Positions 30,558 to 43,821 of a stretch of 64,000 bases of DNA are shown here, piece after piece. Positions within the stretch are counted from its first letter, which is position 1. Every line of letters starts with the position of its first letter. The notes under the pieces were generated by a model. It did not search any database, had not been told where the DNA came from, and saw only the letters and a list, made by a program, of their open reading frames with translations. The stretch spans positions 14,446,001-14,510,000 of the forward strand of contig NC_135763.1 in NCBI RefSeq assembly GCF_052425735.1, read 5' to 3'. A program made the position numbers and the translations under genes. The DNA is from Oculina patagonica (taxonomy: Eukaryota).

Positions 30558-33500
30558 CGCTCATCTTAGCTCAAAGGAGCACGACTTCTACTGACAAGTC
30601 ATCCTTTCAATTTCGTGCCTGTTAACTGGCAAAAAAATTGAGACACGACACTATCTGTTTTAGACTGCTCAGACACCGGCTGTTTATGGCACAATATCGC
30701 GAACAATATCAGTTCTTAATTTCCACTAAGACAACACTTACGGCAACTTCCACTGTCTGAATGAACAGCACTTAAAGCTAATGCTTGCTGTAATAATATT
30801 TATGAGCGTTTGTATCAGAATAACTTTAGAACCCGTTTATAGGAGCCGTATGAGCACGGCTGTGGAATAAGTCAAATATGGCTAATGACAATACGCTTAT
30901 AAATAACTAAAAATTGCAGTTGAATTTAATCTAATCTATGTATTTCTTCCAGTTTCAATCTGTTCTCTGGCGAACGTGGAGCTGTCCTTGAAACAAGTCT
31001 AAATACTTCGTTTAGTATAATAAAGTAATTTGTTTTTGTTTATTTTATGTCTACAGTATTACACATTTGTGATATTGATTGGACATTCACCCATGCGTGT
31101 TACTTAGACACCGGCTTTCATAAGTCGTTATCATGAAAATTAGTAATATTTACGTCTATGTGTTAGAAGACCTACTTATTACAACTTCCAATATCCGAGT
31201 GTCGAATAGTTATTGTATAAAAACACAAAAAGATAAAATTGTCAAATTTTAAGGTAATTGTTAGTCAGTCATTCAAATTACTTTGGAAAACTCATAGCAA
31301 GAGCAGTACCGTTATTGTCACTGACATGTAAAGATGATGAGTCACCGGATGTCGTCATATCGTACTGTTGTTTCAAAGATGGTAACTTTGTCCGGTGGGT
31401 AGTTAAATCTCTTTTCAGCAGCTAAAAATATCTATCATTGTACATGTTCTACCATAAAGTGATATCCGCTGTTTGAATAACCCGGAAAGGGGTTAAAACA
31501 ACTTTACAAGAAAACTGCACCTGGTGACGAAATTGTTATCGTGAGCCACTCAGTTCTATAAATAGCGTTAACTAGCATCGAAATTAGTATAGTCATTGTT
31601 GTTACCTAGACAAACAATTACAAATATACCTAACAAAATACAATATCGTGAACATTACTTAATCTAGCGGTTCCGATTTTTTCGAAAGATCAATCAATGT
31701 AGTAAGAAAAAATACATCCCCTCCCCCACACAGTTATGTACGAGCCAAGTATTTTCATTGTTCAGCCGGCTTGGCAAGCGACAGCCGATAATTACTTCTA
31801 ACAACAAGAGCTTTTAGAACACCATCAAACAATTTCTCTCCTGTCGTGTGTAGTTTTCAACTTACTTAATACCTTTTAAGTAGCTGAACATTCGAGAAAA
31901 AGAAGGCAGAAACATTATAATCACAATGTGACGTATTTTAGAACACGTCATCATCGTCAACTTTATTAATTGTCAAGTGTCAAAAGGCCTTTAGCTGGTC
32001 ACAAGTGGCTTGCTAATCGAGACACGTGCGTCGGCACTCCGCCCTCAGGCTCGAAATGCAGTCATTTCTTAAAATAATTCAAATGTTAAATTTACTTCAT
32101 GGCAAAAAAATAATAGTCACGAATGACTTTGCATGGAAAAAGAACAGACTTAACTAAAAAATCGGTGAACACAATTCCATTCTTGTTGCTCTGGAATTCT
32201 TAGCTTGAAAAAGAACAACAAAAAGCATCGAAACGAAATCGGAATATTGTTAGACTTAGATTCGCGGTTTATTCCATGGAAAGTTATAAGTGATCTTAAC
32301 AGAGATCAATAGCAACCGACACTATAGATAGATGAACTGTTAACTGAAAGACAATTTAAAAGATAGCTGTTCCATGGTTGCTTTGCCGACGTGTTTCTGT
32401 TTTTGATCAACAATAAACATACCGGTAAAGCGAATTAAGTAAACATCCTAAAAACGATTTCCAGACTTCAAATGTAACATTGAAGTTTCAATGCACTTCA
32501 AAAACATTATGTTTATGGCAATACAAGGGTAAGGCCAGATAAATAAAATTAAACGTACTTTGTAATCAGTGTAATTGCAGTTGTGGCCGGTACATAGAGA
32601 GAGTACTTCGTGCATGACACTGTAAGAACATATCGCTTTTCGAAATGTGATTACACCAAATAAAAAAACGATCTTAAAAACTTGTTCTATCATTTTGCCT
32701 CTTTTTGGGTCAACACCATTTTTAGGGTTGAATTCGTGTTGTGGAATGGGAAGTAAGTATTCTTTGCAAAACCCTTGCAAGCACGTATACTAGTGGAAGA
32801 ATACGTGTTTGCAAGGGTGTTCTCAAATATTTCATCAAATTCAGCAAAGAAAGCGATAACCGCGAAGTACGTTTGGAGACCCGGTCTTTATTAGCATAGA
32901 ATTTTAACGATTTTATGAGTCCCTTTACTCCTTAGTTTTTATTTCGAATGAGAAAATATATCAAACACTCGAGACAGTGTTTTAACAACTATCCCAACAC
33001 CTTAAATTTCGTCAAAAATACTCCGCTGCGCGACCTATTTTCAACTCTCTTCTGATTAAATACTGTCTTTCGTGTTTGATGTATTACGTCAACACATAAA
33101 TTCAACTCATTAAGAAGGAGACATGAGCCGAAAATATCCGCGAACATAAAACATCGCCAGCTAAGTGATATTGGTTTCATACGCCACCAAAATTTCAATA
33201 GTAGCATATATGGCAATCAGTAGTGCATTAGAATATTACAAACTTAGAGCAGAAAGATCTAAGACGCTATCTTTATCACTTTTTACAGGTGAAAAAAAAA
33301 AACCTGAGTAACGCGAAACCTTTGGGACACGCAAGTAAACATTTTGGGCAAAAGCGCTTGGCCTTTCGGTGATGTTCTAGAAACTGTTCAGTTTCCAGTC
33401 TCACTATTCCGATTTGAATTCTGAATACGAAGTGTACGTGGTTGTGTGCTGCGTGTTATGAACTGAGTTTACATCCTTCGTAAATCCTCCCTGAGACTTT

Positions 33501-33628
33501 TCCACCTCTATCAGTCTTTCTAATACATTGCTTACATGTAGGTGTTGGAATAATCGAAAGAACACGATGTTCGTTCTATTCTTTTTGTTCTTTTTTATCT
33601 TTATTGACATACCAACATAATAAAAATA

Positions 33629-33976
33629 CCGTAGAATTCCGGTTATAAGCCCTGGGCTTATACAACTTCGTAAGGGTTTTTGGGTGGGCTTATAATCGGA
33701 GGGGCTTATATCCGGGAGGGCTTATAAGCGGAATGAAAAAAACGTTTCGAAGCGAGCCTCGGGAGTGTTGATCGAAATACGTTTTTAAGTTAAAAACGCA
33801 CAAAAAGCAACATTTAGCCCTGTTTAGTACTGTCATCCGGTAGAGGGGGGCTTATATCCGGGGGGGCTTATAATCGGATGTATTTTTTGTTTCAGGGTTG
33901 ATGGGCCTATAACCGGGGGGGCTTATAACCGGGGGGGCTTATAAGCGGGGGGGGGCTTATAACTGGAATTTTACGG
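33629..33976. mobile_element. Tc1/mariner-type MITE
   Basis: TA-flanked TIRs ccgtagaattccggttataagccc / gggcttataactggaattttacgg. Internal repeated GGGGCTTATA motif. Confidence 0.85.
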
Positions 33977-34377
33977 TATTGCTTAGCCAAAATCGCGGTC
34001 ATAAGTTCAAGGAATCTTTTCTAGCTTGCTCTCAGTTTCGATTCTCAGGATATTTATGTTTGGACCTCTACTTTACTCGAATAAGTGATGCTGACGTAGC
34101 AATGTGGCGAGACGACTATTTTTAATCGGGCGTGGCCGATTTAAGGTTTACCCTTTGGTCGTCCTAGAGCGTAGTCTCCTGGCGCGGCCAAAAAGACGGG
34201 GATAGCTCGGGTTGCTACAAAACCGCTACGGGTGACGCATACCGCAATGGTTTTCATTTTAGTTTTGACAGGAAATCGTTGCAGGCACACTTGGTCGACT
34301 TTTGGGTTAATGTGTAATCAGGTTGTGTTTTTTTGCTTCGGCGGAAGGACAGAGAAAAAAGCTTACGGGGCAAAGTA

Positions 34378-35817
34378 CAGTATGGGGCCCAGTTCTCGGC
34401 CACTTTTGACGTAAACTTGTATTTCTTACCTCAGAAGAACCGCAGGAACTTGAAATTTCTTCCAGAGCTAGCTACATTATTCAGCTTTTTGGTGTAAAGC
34501 TATCGACCGGTCAAAAATTAATTTGCCCGAGCAATAATAAAAATAAAAGCTCCATTTGTGGGCCCAGTTCTCGGCCACCTTGGCCCAGTTCTCGTCCACT
34601 TTTGACGTAAACTTGTATTTCTTACCTCAGAAGAACCGCAGGAACTTGAAATTTCTCCCAGAGCTAGCTACATTATTCAGCTTTTTGGTGTAAAGCTATC
34701 GACCGGTCAAAAATTAATTTGCCCGAGCAATAATAAAAATAAAAGCTCCATTTGTGGGCCCAGTTCTCGGCCACCTTGGCCCAGTTCTCGGCCACTTTTG
34801 ACGTAAACTTGTATTTCTTACCTCAGAAGAACCGCAGGAACTTGAAATTTCTCCCAGAGCTAGCTACATTATTCAGCTTTTTGGTGTAAAGCTATCGACC
34901 GGTCAAAAATTAATTTGCCCGAGCAATAATAAAAATAAAAGCTCCATTTGTGGGCCCAGTTCTCGGCCACCTTGGCCCAGTTCTCGGCCACTAAAAAGCT
35001 TGTGCGTAATTATCTGTAAAAAAATGCTCAATTAATTTTCACAGTCATAAAATCACTCTGTAAACCTATTTATACTATATCGATCCCAAATTATTTTTAT
35101 GATGCTTTGTTTTACTTTAGAAAAGAAGGATTTTAACGCGCCTAGTTGCCTATGTGCAGGTTCTGGCAAAACCGCATTGTGTGACCCGTGCATTTAGATG
35201 GTTTATTTTGCAGTGAAAAGGTCTTGAAAGATTTAGGTGTTGTAGAAATAATAGACAAGACAAGAGTCAGCTCAAAACTTAGAGATAAGATTGAACTTTA
35301 TTTTTAAAACATTTATTTCTTTCATTCTGGCAGCAGCAGATGAAATTATATTAAAAACCAAGCGCTAAGCTGTGATAGCGAGCAGGGTGGCCGAGAACTG
35401 GCAAATACGCAAACGTCGCAAGAAAAAATTTCGAAGTAAATTAAGACCAAAAAATACAACGGTTCAACGAAAAGTTAACTAAAGCAGAAAGCTGAATTAT
35501 TCTACGTTTCACATGCCAAAAATTAGCTCGTATGGTGGGGGCTTTTGGATAAAATACGAATTTAACTACATCCATGAATTTGGAGCCGTAAACAAACAAC
35601 TTTTTCGGGAATGCAAATTCACCTACCTCCGCGTAAACTCGACGTGTGAGCTTTCTATATCGAATTGAACGATCAAACTGAAGATACTTAAAGCTCATGA
35701 ATCAGTCTATCGTTTGAAGGAAATACCTTTTTCTTTTGATTCAACTGGAGTATGAAAAACGCGTTAAACACAAAGTGGTCGAGAACTGGACCCGGCCGAG
35801 AACTGGGCCCCATACTG
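34378..35817. mobile_element. Non-autonomous TA-targeting DNA transposon with an internal 3 x 196-bp tandem repeat
   Basis: Perfect TIR cagtatggggcccagttctcggcc with TA flanks. Repeat anchor CACTTTTGACG at 34401, 34597 and 34793. Confidence 0.88.
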
Positions 35818-37396
35818 TACTGATATTCACCATTGTGAAATTGCACTTACTTTGACAAGTAAAAGTTATTTTTGTAAATGAAAAAGGTAACGTCATTGAT
35901 GTCACGCAGTGTTTTTTTTAGCAAACTAGATGGTTTGCTGGTTTCTGACTATGAATGGGGGTGTGATCTTGCGGTATATTTTTTGAGCCTGACTCCGCCG
36001 TAAAACTTTTTTTTTATTTAGCAAGAACTGTGTCGATTTTCATTTCTGAACAATTGGTCGTCAAGTCGTTTGTCACAAAGAGTAGAATGTTTGTACAGCA
36101 TGTTTTGGAATTATTTTAGATTCGGTTAGTAAGACGCTTCTGAAGACCTGAGCAAAACATTGGGAATGTACAGTATTAATAGGAACTTGAATGGAATTTT
36201 TCACAAGTTGGATAAAGGTATCAACTGAAAAAAATGGAATTCAAAATGAGGCTTGGATTTTGTTGTAATTAAATTTTATCGCGGATTGGATGCATAATAT
36301 CACGGCTTTGAAAGTCTTCAAATAATTAGAAAGGTTCCTTTCTTCCTTTTGATCTTATTTTTATTTTCATGTATTGATTATTCGAAAGTGGTTTTCGTTG
36401 ATACGAAAAAAAACGGGTTTTCACTGAATTGCTTGAAGTATTTTTAGACGTGATAATATTGGCTTAATCAAATTACATTGTGCACGAAATATTTGTTATT
36501 CTTTTGTCTTGAAACTTTGAGGAAATTGAAATTTTTGTTTGACAGTAGTGTATGAAAGGCATTTTATAGAACTGAATAAAAAATAAGAAACATTGATGAA
36601 GGTTATTTCAAAGATTTATTTTGCCTGATTTTGAAGGGTTTCAGGAGTTTTAAAGAGTGCTGGTAAACGGCTGTATGTTGTTTGTGATTACGGATCTTAT
36701 TTAGTTTCGAACGCTCTAATTTTTGAAAGGTTAAAACAGGTTAAAACCGGGCGGTTTCATGAGTTTTTTGGGTAGAAAGGTACGGTGGTGGTAAAAAAAA
36801 AATGTTTAGAAAGGAATGACTGTAGTAGCACGTAAGTCGGAGGTTTGCGTGAGTCACGGGGTATAGTATGCGTGAGCTGGATTTCCGGCGTCATAACGGC
36901 ATGTTTTGTTTACTGAAAGATACACTCGACGTTTAGTTAGCTTAGTCGGCTTGGGAAACTATTTTAAAAATGAATGTTGTAATAGTTAATTAATAGTAAT
37001 CTAGAATTAACCCACTCTCGATTGGAGTCTGTTCTGGATTCGCGCTACCTTTTCGCCGCGAAGGAATTTTGTAAAATTTCGCTAGTGGAAAGAGGGTACT
37101 GTAAGAACAGTATCAATAACTCAAAAGGAGGAACTTCTTTGTAGCTCTGAATTAAGACGTATGATAAAATTTTAGAATAAGAAACTTTCGATATATGGTT
37201 TTCATATTGGTTTTGTCAATTTCCTTTTGTGGCAGATTTTTTGAGAATCAGCTTTTCTTTCGTGTGATGAAAGACACAGGACAGAACGAGAGGTGGATGA
37301 GAAAGATGCCGAAGATGAATAGGCACCGAAAAACGACAAGAACCGTCAAGGACTTATCTTTAGAGGGCGGGGAGTTTTGGCATACTGTATTTCGAG

Positions 37397-38372
37397 GACT
37401 GGACTGGACTAGTAAAACGCGGACTAGTAAAACGCGGACTTGTAAAACGCGGACTAGTATAACGCGGACTAGTAAAACGCGGACTTGTAAAACGCGGACT
37501 AGTAAAACGCGGACTCAGGTAAAACGCGGACTTGTAAAAGGCGGACTAGTAAAACGCGGACTAGTAAAACGCGGACTTGTAAAACGAGGACTAGTAAAAC
37601 GCGGACTTGTAAAACGCGGACTTGTAAAACGAGGGCTTGTTAAGCACGGACTTGTAGAACGCGGACTTGTAAAACAAGCGCTTGTAAATCGGATAAAACT
37701 AAACGGTTTAGCGAGCGAAACAATTTGTGTTTGAAGCTCTTGTGTGTTTCTTCGACGGCATATTTCTAGCTTTTTTGAGCACTCTATGGTCTGTTTTAGC
37801 GTGGAGATGTTTTTGCAGTATAGCACATGTTCGTTCTGCAAACCCCTACTAAAACAACGGGATTGATGCTATGAGTTGTGTGCATATGTTTCTTTCTTTC
37901 CACTACTTGACGTCTGTTGAGTGCAGTCGTTTGTATTGCTCGCACGAGGTAGAACGGGGCCCGTCCAGAAATCAACAGTCAATCGTAAATAAAGGTGACG
38001 GGCCTACACGACTCCTACGTTCGTGACATTAGAATATTTGCCGTTAAATGTTTAAATTCGGTCTTTCGACCTTATTTGCTTCTGACTTCTTTCTGAGGGT
38101 ACTGTTTTAATTTGGGGGCAGTATGTGGTAAATAAAGGTGACGGGCCTACACGACTCCTACGTTCGTGACATTAGAACATTTGCCGTTATATGTTCAAAT
38201 TCGGTCTTTCGACCTTATTTGCTTCTGACTTCTTTCTGAGGTTACTGTTTTTTTGAGACATTATGTATTGAAGAGAGCCGTAAGATGATTGTGGCCAAGG
38301 AATTCGAAGTGTCTAGAGGCGTTTTACAAGTCCGCGTTTTACTAGTCCGCGTTTTACTAGTCCAGTCCAGTC
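37397..38372. mobile_element. Foldback-like non-autonomous element with 15-bp subterminal repeats
   Basis: (GGACTAGTAAAACGC)n array at ~37405-37690 and an inverted copy at ~38320-38372, both ending in GACTGGACTGGACT. Internal ~125-bp direct repeat at 37985 and 38128. Confidence 0.75.
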
Positions 38373-39640
38373 TACAAGTTAAAGACACATCAAGACCACC
38401 CCACTGTGAATTGCCATAGCACAGACAAAATTATAGTCAATATCTTATGTGTTTTTAAGAGAATTACATAAGAACCAAGGCATGTCTTGTCTTGCCTTAC
38501 ATTGACATGCAATAATTTGGAAATACTAAGCTCGTAACAGTTTAAGACAGAATCCATCAGGAATTTGAGTAACATTAATTTTAGTTACGCAAAAATTGAG
38601 CACCAGAATAATTTAAATCCTTGTGTTCTTTCATACCTTGTTAAAGGCTTGACATGTGATAACACCAACATAACACCAACAACAGTTCTTTATCAGTGGG
38701 GATTGAAGAAAAAAATGGAAACATCATCACACAGTTGACCCCCATGCAAAAACACTCCAGGATGTCACGGGACTGTTTGGTGTCCGTCTGCCAATTTCTA
38801 ACTTCAAATTCCAATGTTAAATTCACATTAAATTTTCAATATTTCTTAGTTGTCTAAATTTTACTAATTCTTTTAAATAAAACTATCACCTGCCAAACAT
38901 CCCCAAAAATCACTCAAAAAATTACAAAATACCGAAATACATAGATACATGGGATGAGTGAAGTTTCCTTGGATTCCTTGAAACACCAACAAGATATTTC
39001 CGTTTAAGGTGGCTGATAATGGGTTTCAGTATTTCCCAGTCCTTATACTTTGGTTCAGGACTAAAAGCCTTCATCAATTGCTATTACAGTAATGGTATGA
39101 AACAAATGTTCAATCATTCATCAACAAGATGTGATCATTTTCTTGACAATAGTAGTTCCCCGGTAAACAGTTGTAGTACTGTCCCATCAAAGTGCAATGC
39201 CTGGAAAATACCGAAAAGCACACGACCTTCAGGTGAAACCGCACCTTACAGTATTACCAATACACTGCACTTTGCTAAGTCTTAAAACTTTACATTGTCT
39301 AGTCGTCTACTTCAATCGTTTATTTGTATTTTGTGAGATACATTTATAAATTGAAACCATCATGTCATTAAGTAATAATGCAATCTCGACAACGTTCTAG
39401 ATATTATATTATGCACACTAATACAGCTCATGCAAGCCCTGTGACTTACACAAACACAGTCGGACTGAGTGCTACTTAAGTAACTGCTTCGTGGTTTCTG
39501 CTGTACTGAACCCTGCCTTTCAAGGCAAAGCGCCCGATTTTAAGCTTCTCAAGCTTCTCAATGTTCTTGTTCTATCTTGTCTCCGTTTTGGTCGTTGTAT
39601 ACCACGAAGCAAAGGCAGCAAATAGTTACTCTACTTTACA

Positions 39641-40522
39641 TCAGACCTTGCGAATTTTGAGATTCTCTTCTCCTGAAATTTTGAAGAGTTATCTCTCTTG
39701 GTTCGCCCGTTTCCATGTTGCTTCGTGTAGTTAGACGTTTTTTCCAACACATAATATAAATCTCCTTAAAACCTTGGCGGTAACTCTTTACAAATGCCAG
39801 ACAAATAATTGGGTTAATTGTCTAAGGATAGGTATATCATAACACGGGTTACAGCCCATAGCACTTTAGAAAACGAACACGACACTGCAAGTTGCTGTTC
39901 ATTCAAGATAAAAGTAAACAGTATAGGAAGATTACAGATGTAAAATGCAGCAATGACGCAGAGAGTCATCTTAATTGCTTGCTGTTTCCTTCGATCTTCT
40001 TGGTGCACTGATGTACCACGAAGAGTTTTGTCTTGTCGTCGTAGAACATAACACTGTTATGACAATCAGTGTTCCAACTACTAAAAGGATGACACTGAAT
40101 CTATAAAAAAGGCGGTTGTCTTTAAAAGTGTGCAGATAGTTTCACCATTTTCTTCCGCCAGGTCAAAGGCATCCAGATAGAGAGAATGCATTATCACTGC
40201 AAAGGTCCAAGTTGCAAACACAATGAAGATACGAAGATTTGGCGAGATCAGATGGACTTTAAGTGGAAAGACCACCGCCACAAACCGATCTAACGCGATA
40301 CACACGAGTCTTCCTATAGAAACACTGTAAGAAATGCTTTCCAGAAATCGGTCCATCTTACAGAAGATTAATCCTGCTGAACCTTCGATAGACCATTGGA
40401 TAGAACTCGATGCTATCTGTGACATCGTTTGTGGAATTACTGTTACTGGAAATACAAAGTCGGAAACGGCCATATTGACAATAAAGTAGTTTGTCGTCTT
40501 CCTCAGTTCTTTATGCTTGTAT
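39641..40522 (-). pseudogene. Class A GPCR family A copy 5, 5'-deleted with frameshifts
   Basis: Fragments YKHKELRKTTNYF...DRF and HQEDRRKQQAIKMTLC... N-terminus and TM1 missing, short deletion in TM5. Confidence 0.85.
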
Positions 40523-42506
40523 AGGGATATTTGCAAATCTGAAATAATCATCCTTTTCAGAAAGTCACTTTTAATTTACGACATCTTAAGAGAAAACCCG
40601 TGAAACCTTCCTTAATGTTTAAAAAAATACTGTAGGTGTTCCTTGAGTTCAGACCAACTTAGGTCGACAGAACGAATTTTGGCAGCAATTTGATTTAAAA
40701 AGAGGCCCCCAGTGTTAACATAGTTTAGCGTTTTTTTGTTTGTGTGGCCGTACTGCTGCTACAAACGTTAATTGAAAGCTTCACTTGGAAAAATCATTTG
40801 TACATGTCTTGTATAAATGCAAGTTAAATACAGGTGACTTGCCTGCTAAATAATCCATCCTCGCAGGTTGGAAAATGCAATTCAACTTTAGCTGTCGATA
40901 TATATCCATTGTTAGAGCAATGTACTTTGCCGCCTCCTCAAATGTTCTCAGTGATAGAAGCTTAAAAATCTCTGAGTTCAAAAACTTCAATGATCTGTTT
41001 GAAACCATCTTGTCAAAAATGCTGCCAAAAACGTATTTTTTCTCTGCCAAAAAAAATTCTGACATGAAATCATTTTCACCCCTTATTTCAATTTGCTATC
41101 AAATAACTTGTGTTTTATGGCTGCAGTGGCGTAGTTTTGAGTCAAAATCCAAATGGCTTTATAGCAATTTCCTAAAAGTATTGAAATGTAAGGTAACGTC
41201 CTTTATCTGACTTTGGTTTTAGTTTTTATTATTGAAATCCTTGTTAAATTCCTCTCCGAAATAATCATCCTATACCAAGCTCAGTGCTCCTTTGCAAATA
41301 CCACAATTTTACATATTGGTAATGACGTCATGCAATCCGCCATCTGGAATTTCTAAACACACACACTACAAGGATGCTGAAATGAACTAAAACTGTGCAG
41401 CTACTGAAAAAACAAAATGCAAAATATTATAAGAACAAACAAGTTTATTTTATTCACAGAACTTTACATCATGTTCAACATGCAGTGCGTATGTTGTCAT
41501 TATTTTCTGCTAAGTCTATTGCTGGCCTTGGTGTGAAGTTACATTTGCTCGCCTGTTATGAAATTACTTCCAGTAAATCGACTTTTTTCACAAGGTTTGC
41601 AAGTAACAAACCCGTGGCCCTCGGATTACCCATCAAACTGGAATTTAGCAATGTTGGTTTTAGTGAAGGGAGGAAAACCGGAGAACCCGGAGAAAAACCC
41701 TTGAAACAAGGACGAGAACTAAAAACGAACTCAACTATTCACTTTAATTTACAGAGCAAAAATTAGTATTTATTGATAAAAAAAAGACGTGCCTTCATCA
41801 TTCACGCAATGTGTCTACTAAAGAATTTGAAACAATGTCTCAGTGGCGACGAAATCATCACCCACAGAAAAAAAAAAACCATGCCTTATCAGTGTCATTC
41901 ACGTTATATGTCTACTAGGGCATTTTCTCAGTGCCGTTAACGGGACCGAAGCCACTTTGTTTGTATTTTAGTTTGACGTTATCAAACACTGGATCACTGT
42001 AATCGAAATAATTAAATCGATTTGACCATTTCGCTCCGGCTCGTAAATAACTTGAAGTAAATAACTCTTGAAGAAAACAACTCTTTATAGGGATTTAGTA
42101 TTGATAGTGTTCCAATCCTGGCTAGTCACAGATGTTGTTTTGTAAAGTTGTGTAAGTGTTGGCAGCTTTTTATTGTAAACACCCGCCATCAAACCGCAAG
42201 TGTCCAGGGAAGTCAGTGTTGACGCATTCGTATCCCTTTGAGTGACGTATTCATCACCCACAGCGAAAAGTATTCCCTTGAGAGTTAACAACAAAATGTT
42301 AATTGAAGGAGTGATCTTAGCCCCATCAATATTCTCCTATTTTACTTTAACAAACAAATTAGTTGAACAATGAAGCACGAGAAATATTGCAAGAACAGCT
42401 AAAAATAGCGCGACCAAGCTTCAAACAATCGCGAAGAATGGCATGACTGAATCGCGTAAAATATCGTGACATAGACTCTGTCAACAAACAGTAACTCCAC
42501 TTCACG

Positions 42507-43821
42507 TCAGGTCTCGCTAAATGTTAGATTCTCTTCTTCTGAAATGTTGAAGAGTTATCTCTCTTGGTTCGCCAGTTTCCATGTTGTTTCGTGCAGTTAG
42601 ACGTTTTTCCAACACATTATTAAAATCTCCTTAAAACCTTGGCGGTAACTTTTTACAAATGCCAGACAAATGATTGGGTTAATTGTCTAAGGATAGGTAT
42701 ATCATAACACGGGTTACAGCCCATAGCACTTTAGAAAACGTACACGACACTGCAATTTGATGTTCATACAAGATAAAAGTAAACAGTAAAGGAAGATTAC
42801 AGATGTAAAATGCAGCAATGACGGAGTCATCTTAATTGCTTGCTGTTTCCTTCGATCTTCTTGATGCACTGATGAACCACGAAGGGTTTTGTCTTGTCGT
42901 CGTAGAGCCACGGCTATAAAGCAATATAACGGTGTTATGACACTCAGTGTTCCAACTACAAAAAGGATGATACCCCATCTATAAAAAAAGGAGTTTGTCT
43001 TCAAAAATGTGCAGATAGTTTCACCATTTTCTTCCGCCAATTCAAAGTCATTCAGATTGAGAGAATGTATTATCACTGCAAAGGTCCAAGTAGCAAACAC
43101 AACGAAGGTACGAAAATTTCGCCAGATCAGATGGACTTTAAGTGGAAAGACCACCGCTACAAACCGATCTAAAGCGATGCACACGAGGCTTGTTATAGAA
43201 ACAGTATACGAAGTGTTTTCTAGAAGTCGTTCCATTTTACAGAAGATTAATCCTGCTAAACCTCCAATAGGCCACTGCATAGAACTGGAAGATATCTGTA
43301 ACAGCTTTACTGGAATTACTGTTGATGGAAATACAAAGTCAGAAACGGCCATATTGACAATAAAGTAGTTTGTCGTCTTCCTCGGCTCTTTATGCTTGTA
43401 TACAATAACGATTATGAGAGCGTTTCCAACCAAACTTGACAAAAGAATTATGGAGAGGAGAAGAATTAAACCAATTTTGACGGAAAAGGAGTACGTGTAG
43501 TCTATAGCCTGCGAGCAGGCTCTCTATATTTGGGGGCAACGTGAATATTGAACTCTTCGAGCGCCGAAGGCTCGATCCCGGGAGTGCCGAAGGCGCGAGT
43601 CGGCGAGCGAAGCGAGCCAGCGGCACTCGCGGGATCGCGCCTTCGGCGCTCGAGCAGTTCAATATTCACGTTGCCCCCGAATAGAGAGCCTGCTCGCAGG
43701 CTATGTAGTCTAAAGCATCACATTCTCTGTTGTGCATGCTTGATGTGGCGTTGCTGAAATTTCCAAGGGAGCCAAAAAAATGAAACGTCGTGTTTAACAG
43801 AAAAAGCATTCCCATTTGCAT
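42507..43821 (-). pseudogene. Class A GPCR family A copy 6, disrupted by a MITE and a frameshift
   Basis: ATG at 43821. MITE insertion at 43505-43703 before TM1. A 4-nt loss at KMT(LCV) near 42823 shifts the frame. Confidence 0.88.
43505..43703. mobile_element. 199-bp palindromic MITE with 9-bp TSD
   Basis: Near-perfect foldback tagcctgcgagcaggctctctat...atagagagcctgctcgcaggcta. TSD TGTAGTCTA at 43496-43504 and 43704-43712. Confidence 0.92.

Noticed and set aside
36000-37390. Possible decayed coding sequence on the minus strand
   Set aside because: No continuous frame or motif that I can assign.
37195-37841. Repetitive KTRTS / VKRGL / TSPRF proteins
   Set aside because: Translations of the 15-bp subterminal repeat, open in several frames.
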